This document shows, piece after piece, positions 1 through 6,219 of a stretch of DNA of 10,303 nt (the first letter of the stretch is position 1; every line of letters starts with the position of its first letter). The DNA comes from an uncultured Gemmatimonadota bacterium. GTDB taxonomy: Bacteria; SM23-81. A program made the position numbers and the translations under genes. Below the pieces are notes generated by a model. That model was given only the letters and a program-made list of their open reading frames with translations, ran no database searches and was not told the DNA's origin. The stretch spans positions 1 through 10,303 of the forward strand of contig CAZOYL010000096.1 of NCBI GenBank assembly GCA_964584035.1, read 5' to 3'.

Positions 1-1
1 C

Positions 2-2101
2 TTTGTCCTGGCCCCGGCGGAGAGCGCCGATGTGACCGTCACCTTTACCCCGGCCGCCATCCAGGCCTATGCAGAATCATTGCTCATCGTCCACGATGCC
101 GCCAAGGGGACCACCGTCGTGCCGCTCAACGGCGATGGTGTCGCCGCCATGGACCTGAGCATCTCCACCGGGGATATCCAGTTTATGCCAGCCGCCCCGC
201 TGATCGGCGACACGGTCGCCATCTCGGCCCGGGTGCATCACGACGCGCCGCCCAAGACATTCACCCTGTCGGCCGACTCGGTGCTGGTCCGCTTTTACGA
301 CGGCAATCCCGACAGCGGCGGCGTCCAGATCGGCACCGATCAGATCATTCCATCGATTCTGGCCGACTCCAGCGAGACGGCTCAGGTTCAATGGGCAGCG
401 GCCGGCGTCGGCGTTCACCAGATCCATGTGCTGGTCGATCCGGATGATGACTTCCTCGAGACAAACGAGATCAACAATCAGGCCAAGAGAGCTCTGGCAG
501 TGGTTTCCAATCCATTTGTGCTGGGTGTGGTTCTAAGCGATCCGTCTCCGACGGGCGCCGGGCCGGTGGATTTCACCATCACCTTCGACCGGCCCATGGA
601 CACGGCCGTGGCGCCGGTGGTGACCTATGGATCGGCCAGCCCTTATGACGCTCAGGTCGTCCAGCCCCAGTCGGGCTGGTCGGCCGACTCGACGGAATGG
701 ATCGGTCAGGATACCATCGCGGCCGGCAAGGGAGACGGCTGGAATACCATTCGGATTGCCGCAGCGCAGGATCCCGGGGGCCATGTCATGGATACGGATA
801 CCTCCCGGACCTTCTTTATCGACACTGCGCCGCCCTCGTCCCAGGCCGCCTCGCCGCGGTATTCCGGCAGCCCGCACTTCCCGGTCAGCTGGTCGGGAAC
901 CGATCCTGTTCCCGGTTCGGGCGTGGCCGTGTATTCCGTTACGGTCATGGTGGACGGCCTGTTCCCGTCGACATGGCTGAGCGGCACGGCCGATACGACC
1001 GCCGTGTACACCGGGTCCAATGGCCATTATTACAGCTTCAGCGTCATCGCCACCGACAACGCCGGCAACGAGGAATCCGCGCCCGGCGCACCTGACTGCA
1101 CCACCTGGGTGGACACCCAGGCGCCGCCCATACCGGCCCTGCTATCGCCGCCCGACGGTTTTATCGGCAGCGAGCAGGAGCCCACTCTGTGCTGGGAGGC
1201 TGTCTCCAAGGAAGCAGTGGGGACCGGCCGGTCTCAAAATCTCTTATCGGGGGAGACGCTCCCCGCGGTGACCTATCAGCTTCAGCTGTCGCTGAACGCC
1301 GGCTGCCAGGATCCGGTGATGGACACGACCGGCTTGACGGACACCGCCTTCGCGGTCCCATCACCGCTGGCCGACGATCAGTATTTCTGGAGAGTGCAGG
1401 CGATGGATATGGCCCAGAACGAGAGCGGGTTCCAGCCCGACGACTACTCCTTCCTGGTGGACACACAGAAACCTCTGATCACCGGCACCACACAGTGGCC
1501 GGATACCAGCTTCGGCGGTCCGTTCCCGGTGTCCGCCAATATCGGCGATCCCTCCGGAATCAACCTGGTCCTGCTGTGGTACCGTACCGCAGACGACACG
1601 CTCTGGCAGGCCGACACCATGACGGTCGCCAAAACGCTGTACGGCGGTTTCCTTCCCGGGCAGATGACGCCCAATACCGAGGTGCATTACTATGTCTACG
1701 CCGAGGATGGCGCCGCTCCGCCCAATGTTCAGACCGAGCCGGTGGGAGCGCCAGCCAGCGTTCTGTCCTTCACCGCCTGGGTGACTGGCCTGATGGACGA
1801 TGAGAACTTCCGCGGCATGCCGGAACAGTTTGCCCTGTATCAGAATTATCCCGACCCGTTCAACGCCGGTACCGAGATCCTGTATGCCCTGCCATCACCC
1901 TGTGCCATCACCCTGGAGATCTACAATATTCTGGGGCAACGGGTGGCCGTGCTGGTCGACGGACCGCAGCCGGCCGGTTATCATACGGTGCGATGGGATG
2001 GGATCGATAACTTCGGCCAGCAGGTGGCCACCGGGGTGTACCTCTACCGCCTGCGCACGGAAACCTTTCACACCACCCGAAAGATGGTTTTACTGCGGTA
2101 A
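2..2101 (+). CDS. Large secreted multi-domain protein, 5'-truncated: ASH/choice-of-anchor D Ig-like end, CARDB, Ig-like/Fn3-like domains, C-terminal FlgD-Ig / T9SS type A-like sorting domain
   Basis: Frame is open from base 2 (FVLAPAESADVTVTFTP...), so the true start lies outside the window. CARDB-like DLSIS..DIQF..VLVDPDDDFLETNEINNQA; Fn3-like YSFSVIATDNAGNEE and YFWRVQAMDMAQNES; C-terminus QFALYQNYPDPFNAGTEI..LEIYNILGQRV..WDG..GVYLYRL..RKMVLLR; TAA at 2099-2101. Confidence 0.85.
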   Translation, partial: FVLAPAESADVTVTFTPAAIQAYAESLLIVHDAAKGTTVVPLNGDGVAAMDLSISTGDIQFMPAAPLIGDTVAISARVHHDAPPKTFTLSADSVLVRFYDGNPDSGGVQIGTDQIIPSILADSSETAQVQWAAAGVGVHQIHVLVDPDDDFLETNEINNQAKRALAVVSNPFVLGVVLSDPSPTGAGPVDFTITFDRPMDTAVAPVVTYGSASPYDAQVVQPQSGWSADSTEWIGQDTIAAGKGDGWNTIRIAAAQDPGGHVMDTDTSRTFFIDTAPPSSQAASPRYSGSPHFPVSWSGTDPVPGSGVAVYSVTVMVDGLFPSTWLSGTADTTAVYTGSNGHYYSFSVIATDNAGNEESAPGAPDCTTWVDTQAPPIPALLSPPDGFIGSEQEPTLCWEAVSKEAVGTGRSQNLLSGETLPAVTYQLQLSLNAGCQDPVMDTTGLTDTAFAVPSPLADDQYFWRVQAMDMAQNESGFQPDDYSFLVDTQKPLITGTTQWPDTSFGGPFPVSANIGDPSGINLVLLWYRTADDTLWQADTMTVAKTLYGGFLPGQMTPNTEVHYYVYAEDGAAPPNVQTEPVGAPASVLSFTAWVTGLMDDENFRGMPEQFALYQNYPDPFNAGTEILYALPSPCAITLEIYNILGQRVAVLVDGPQPAGYHTVRWDGIDNFGQQVATGVYLYRLRTETFHTTRKMVLLR

Positions 2102-2109
2102 CTTAGAGT

Positions 2110-2128
2110 TGCCGCCCGGCCGGCGGCA
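2110..2128. terminator. GC-rich hairpin after the secreted-protein gene (possible weak terminator or 3' stabiliser)
   Basis: TGCCGCC-CGGCC-GGCGGCA, a 7-bp stem 8 nt after the stop codon; no U-tract follows. Confidence 0.3.
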
Positions 2129-2141
2129 GAAGAAGAAATGC

Positions 2142-2171
2142 TTGACTTTGAGGGCGAATTTGGTTTAATTT
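2142..2171 (+). promoter_or_regulatory. Probable sigma70-type promoter for ssb
   Basis: TTGACT at 2142-2147 followed 16-18 nt later by an AT-rich -10-like TTTAATTT (2164-2171), in an AT-rich patch about 100 nt upstream of ssb. Confidence 0.5.
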
Positions 2172-2229
2172 AAAGTTTTGACGATGGAATTGAAGACGAC
2201 GACCGAAGCGTTTTGTCGGACCACGGTAA

Positions 2230-2721
<492 letters not shown>

Positions 2722-2803
2722 AGCCACGGCGGTCCTTCTCGACGGCATGCCTGAAAACGACTGCATTCCTTGAGACGATGCGATAAGCGCCGCAGGGAAA
2801 TCA

Positions 2804-2840
2804 TGGGGGTCATCCGGATCCAGAAGGAGGGTGACCCCCA
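2804..2840. other. Strong stem-loop in the ssb-ktrB intergenic region
   Basis: TGGGGGTCATCC (2804-2815) pairs with GGGTGACCCCCA (2829-2840; 12 bp including one G-U), with an inner TCC-AGAA-GGA; no U-tract. Confidence 0.55.
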
Positions 2841-2901
2841 CCATTGTATCGGTCCGTTCGCTCTCGGGGAAAACGATCACTATGGTAACCTGCTGGTTTT
2901 T

Positions 2902-4281
2902 ATGAGAATAAAACAAAAAACGGATTTCCGAAAATCACGGTCTCACCCTGCCCGGGCTATCATCTTCAGCTTTATGGGTGCCATCCTGGTGGGCTGGATC
3001 CTGCTGTCGCTTCCGCAGGCATCCAATGGGCCGCCGCTCTCTGTGGTGGATTCGCTGTTCACGGCCACATCGGCCACCTGCGTCACCGGACTCATCGTGG
3101 TGGATACGGGAGCCCGGTTCACCACCTTCGGTCAGGTGGTCATCCTGACGCTTATCCAGCTCGGCGGACTGGGCATTATGACCTTTTCGGCCCTGTTTCT
3201 GATCTTCATGGGCGGAAGGTTCTCCCTCAAACACCGGCTGTTGATGCAGGAATCCTTCAGTCAGTATCCGATGAAAGATATTTTCCATCTGGTCAGGCTG
3301 GTGGTTTCCTTCACCCTGCTGATCGAATTCCTGGGAGCGCTGTTTCTGTATGGCAAGTTCATTCGGTTCTTTCCACCCCTGCAGGCTTCCTATTATGCCG
3401 TGTTTCACTCGATCTCGGCCTTCTGCAATGCCGGTTTTTCGCTCTATGAGACCAGTTTTTTTGCCTTTCAGAACGATCTGCTGGTGAATATCGTCATCAC
3501 CACGCTGATCATCATAGGAGGAATCGGTTTTTTCGTGCTGGCCGATCTCAATCTCGTGGAGCGTATCGTCCGGCTTCGGAAACCACGGCTGTCCCTGCAC
3601 ACCAAAACAGTATTCGTCGTCACCGGCGTCCTTATTCTGCTGGGCACCGTCTTAGTGCTAACGCTGGAATGGCACAATACTTTGTCCGGGAAACCGCTGG
3701 GTGTGAAATTGCTGGCCGCTTATTTCCAATCCGTGACGGCCAGAACGGCCGGTTTCAACACCCTCTTCACCGGCCAGCTGACCAATGCCACCCTGTTTGT
3801 TCTGATCCTGCTGATGTTCGTCGGGGCCTCTCCGGGTTCGACCGGCGGCGGCATCAAGACGAGCACCTTCGGGATCCTGATCGCTCTGCTGGTCTCCCGT
3901 ATCCGGGGCCGGCGGAACGTGGAGCTGTTCGGCCGGACGGTGCCTCTGGGCATTGTGGCCAAGGCCGTCTCGGTAGTTTCCCTGGCGCTGTTCACCGTGA
4001 TTGTTTTCACCCTGGTCCTCTCGGTGGCCGAGGGCGGCCTGGTTTCCCCGCAGCTGAAGCGGGGTCAATTCCTGGAATTTCTCTTTGAGATCACCTCGGC
4101 ATTCGGCACGGTGGGACTGTCAACAGGTGTCACCGCCACCCTGTCCTCCTTGGGGAAGATCCTGGTGGCGATCACCATCTTCATCGGACGTCTGGGCCCG
4201 CTGTCCCTGGCGCTGGCCGTCGGACAGAGGGTGATACGCCGCGGTTATGAATATCCCGAGGAGAACATCATGGTGGGGTGA
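2902..4281 (+). CDS. ktrB: KtrB/TrkH-family potassium uptake membrane subunit
   Basis: Four filter glycine motifs SATCVTGL, SAFCNAGFS, TARTAGFNT, SAFGTVGLS; intramembrane loop GASPGSTGGGIKT; FIGRLG gate Arg; C-terminal YPEENIMVG. ATG 2902 (459 aa) chosen on family length; the start is uncertain because no clear SD precedes it. Confidence 0.92.
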   Translation: MRIKQKTDFRKSRSHPARAIIFSFMGAILVGWILLSLPQASNGPPLSVVDSLFTATSATCVTGLIVVDTGARFTTFGQVVILTLIQLGGLGIMTFSALFLIFMGGRFSLKHRLLMQESFSQYPMKDIFHLVRLVVSFTLLIEFLGALFLYGKFIRFFPPLQASYYAVFHSISAFCNAGFSLYETSFFAFQNDLLVNIVITTLIIIGGIGFFVLADLNLVERIVRLRKPRLSLHTKTVFVVTGVLILLGTVLVLTLEWHNTLSGKPLGVKLLAAYFQSVTARTAGFNTLFTGQLTNATLFVLILLMFVGASPGSTGGGIKTSTFGILIALLVSRIRGRRNVELFGRTVPLGIVAKAVSVVSLALFTVIVFTLVLSVAEGGLVSPQLKRGQFLEFLFEITSAFGTVGLSTGVTATLSSLGKILVAITIFIGRLGPLSLALAVGQRVIRRGYEYPEENIMVG

Positions 4282-4295
4282 AAAGGAGAATGGCG

Positions 4296-4979
4296 ATGCG
4301 ACAAATTGCCGTTATTGGTTTGGGAACCTTCGGATTCAAACTGGCCGCCACCTTGTCCGACACGGGCTGCCAGGTGCTGGCCATCGATAATGACCGCGAT
4401 CGTGTCCAGGAAATCAAGGATCTGGTCACCGACGCCGTCGTCCTGGATGCCACCGATAAGGCGGCTATGGATTCGCTGGATCTGGCCTCATTGGACATGG
4501 TGGTCGTCTCCGTGGGCCAATTGGAGGACAGCGTGCTGATCTCCCTGTACCTCAAAGAGGCGGGCGTTTCCGAGATCATGGTCAAAGCCCTCAATACCGA
4601 TCACGCCAAGATCCTGAAGCTTCTCGGCGTCAGCCGGGTGGTGCTGCCGGAAGAGGAGATGGCCGTTCGCCTGGCCGGCACCCTGCTGACGCCCAACATC
4701 ATCGATCACATCCCTCTTTCGTCGGGGCACAGTATCGTGGAGGTGAAGGCGCCGGGAAGTTTTTGGGGCAGTACCATCGGAGACCTGGATATTCGCAAGA
4801 AATACAAGGTGGAGGTCATCGCCCTGAAAAGATACGTCGTCTCCAAGCTGAACGGCGAGGAATCTCTAGACGAATCCAAGACCCGAGTGGTGCCCTCGGC
4901 CGGAGAGTTGATTAACTCCGGGGATGCCATGGTCGTCATCGGCAAGAATGAGGATATCGAGAAGATAAAGAGACTGTAG
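4296..4979 (+). CDS. ktrA: KtrA/TrkA-family RCK regulatory subunit (RCK_N + RCK_C)
   Basis: MRQIAVIGLGTFG Rossmann GxGxxG, AIDND, DATD, VVLPEEEMAVRLA, RCK_C GSTIGDLDIRKKYKVEVIALKR..VVIG. SD AAGGAG at 4283-4288 lies 7 nt before ATG 4296; 227 aa, the single-RCK Ktr type. Confidence 0.92.
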   Translation: MRQIAVIGLGTFGFKLAATLSDTGCQVLAIDNDRDRVQEIKDLVTDAVVLDATDKAAMDSLDLASLDMVVVSVGQLEDSVLISLYLKEAGVSEIMVKALNTDHAKILKLLGVSRVVLPEEEMAVRLAGTLLTPNIIDHIPLSSGHSIVEVKAPGSFWGSTIGDLDIRKKYKVEVIALKRYVVSKLNGEESLDESKTRVVPSAGELINSGDAMVVIGKNEDIEKIKRL

Positions 4980-4985
4980 TTATAT

Positions 4986-5112
4986 AAAGAATTGAAGATT
5001 GGGGATTTGAGATCTTAAATGTGAGATTGGCCTTCCTCTCCACCGAAATGGCCTTGTGGGAGCGAATCGCTTCAAAAATCTTCAATCGGAAATTTTCTAT
5101 CTTAAATTCTTT
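4986..5112. repeat. Degenerate 7-nt tandem repeats arranged as two inverted arms (STRR-like)
   Basis: Left arm 4990-5031: AATTGAA GATTGGG GATTTGA GATCTTA AATGTGA GATTGGC. Right arm 5074-5108: AAAAATC TTCAATC GGAAATT TTCTATC TTAAATT. Ends 4986-4999 and 5099-5112 are 13/14 reverse-complementary; ATTGAAGATT (4991-5000) is the exact reverse complement of 5077-5086. Confidence 0.65.
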
Positions 5113-5126
5113 TCATCGGAGGAGCT

Positions 5127-5645
5127 ATGATCAAGCTCTCAGATTATTTCACCCGCCAGACCATCCGGACCGGGTTGGCCAAAAAGAAAAAGGCGGACGT
5201 TATCGCCGAACTGATCGGCTGCCTGGCCGAGACCGGGCTGGTGACCGATCAGGAAGGTCTGTTGAAGGCCGCACTGGCACGGGAAAAGATCCAGTCCACC
5301 GGGCTGGGGGGCGGAGTGGCCATTCCTCATGCCCGGGCCGAGGGCATTCACCGGATCGCCATGGCTGTCGGCCGCTATGAGGACGGCGTCGATTTTGCCT
5401 CCCTGGATAAAAAGCCCGTGCATTTGGTCTTTATGGTGGTTGCCCCGGCCGAAGCCGCCCGAACGTATATCCAGACGGTCGCCAAGGTGGCCCGGCTGCT
5501 CAAAACCCGCGATTATAAAGATCGTATTCTCAATGCTGCGGACAGCGCCGAGATCGCCCGGCTCATCGAGGAGTTCGACCTGGAGCACCCCCAGGACGTG
5601 CCGGTCAAGAAAACGGATGATGGCCGGGTCATTCACCCGGATTGA
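5127..5645 (+). CDS. Stand-alone PTS EIIA (fructose/mannitol/Ntr-type, PtsN-like)
   Basis: REKIQSTGLGGGVAIPHAR with the phospho-acceptor His; GVDFASLDKKPVHLVFMVVAP; SD GGAGG at 5118-5122. No EIIB/EIIC gene in the window. Confidence 0.9.
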   Translation: MIKLSDYFTRQTIRTGLAKKKKADVIAELIGCLAETGLVTDQEGLLKAALAREKIQSTGLGGGVAIPHARAEGIHRIAMAVGRYEDGVDFASLDKKPVHLVFMVVAPAEAARTYIQTVAKVARLLKTRDYKDRILNAADSAEIARLIEEFDLEHPQDVPVKKTDDGRVIHPD

Positions 5646-5664
5646 GTCTTGATTGGAGAGAACG

Positions 5665-6012
5665 ATGAAGAAGGTCGCCTGTATCATCCAGACGCCGCGA
5701 GCCTCGGATCTGCTGAACCGGCTGAACGGGTCCGACTGTTTTCTGGGCGTGACCGTGACGGCCGTGCGGGGTTGCGGGCGTCAGAAGGGACATCTGCCCA
5801 AGGAGTTATCTGATAACCACGTTCGCCTTCGGGCCTGCACCAAATTGGAGTTCGTGGTCCCCGACGACTGTGTCGACCAGCTGGTGAACGTTATCGTCGA
5901 GGTCAACCGCACCGGGAAACGGGGCATGGGGGACGGCAAGATCTTCATCTCGCCGGTGGAGGATGCCGTCCGTATCAGCAGCGGGCAGCGGGGGGAGGAG
6001 GGCGTCAGATAG
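5665..6012 (+). CDS. P-II family signal transduction protein, non-canonical (115 aa)
   Basis: MKKVACII, GVTVTAVRGCGRQKGH, KLEFVVPDD, RTGKRGMGDGKIFISPVEDAVRI. GGAGAG at 5655-5660 precedes ATG 5665. T-loop diverged from GlnB/GlnK, so no symbol assigned. Confidence 0.9.
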   Translation: MKKVACIIQTPRASDLLNRLNGSDCFLGVTVTAVRGCGRQKGHLPKELSDNHVRLRACTKLEFVVPDDCVDQLVNVIVEVNRTGKRGMGDGKIFISPVEDAVRISSGQRGEEGVR

Positions 6013-6127
6013 TCGCTGCGAGGCTGTCGCCAGGCTCTCGACGCCAAAAACCTTTCATCAACTTACCGATGACGATCACCAGGATGACGGTCATGAAGAT
6101 GATGGTCATCAAAGCGCGATGATCCAT
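6005..6127 (-). CDS. Candidate 40-aa single-pass membrane microprotein
   Basis: MDHRALMTIIFMTVILVIVIGKLMKGFWRREPGDSLAATI: hydrophobic helix followed by basic residues; 13 consecutive G/C-ending codons in the helix; no SD upstream. Confidence 0.4.
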   Translation of the reverse strand: MDHRALMTIIFMTVILVIVIGKLMKGFWRREPGDSLAATI

Positions 6128-6152
6128 TCGGTGAGGTTGACGAATAAACTTC

Positions 6153-6187
6153 GGCCGCCGGATCGTTTCGATCCGGCGGCCTTTTGT
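6153..6187 (+). terminator. Intrinsic terminator-like palindrome, copy 1 (between convergent transcription units)
   Basis: GGCCGCCGGATCG-TTT-CGATCCGGCGGCC, a perfect 13-bp stem, followed by TTTTGT. Confidence 0.75.
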
Positions 6188-6219
6188 CATCGCTCATCGG
6201 ATGGCCGGGACCCTTCCGC

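Noticed and set aside
2722..2901. c-di-AMP (ydaO) riboswitch upstream of ktrB
   Set aside because: The characteristic conserved segments (GCUGAAUC, GGGGUGAAU, CCGUCAGCUAAC) are not present; only a single hairpin is supportable.
2770..2901. 44-aa N-terminal extension of KtrB from the ORF-track start at 2770
   Set aside because: Non-family-like sequence running through a strong hairpin; ATG 2902 gives a typical KtrB length.
5665..6012. glnB/glnK or c-di-AMP receptor DarA/PstA assignment
   Set aside because: Lacks the GlnB/K T-loop (Tyr51, Lys58) and an amtB/glnA context; also lacks the GGFL and NTT motifs of DarA/PstA.
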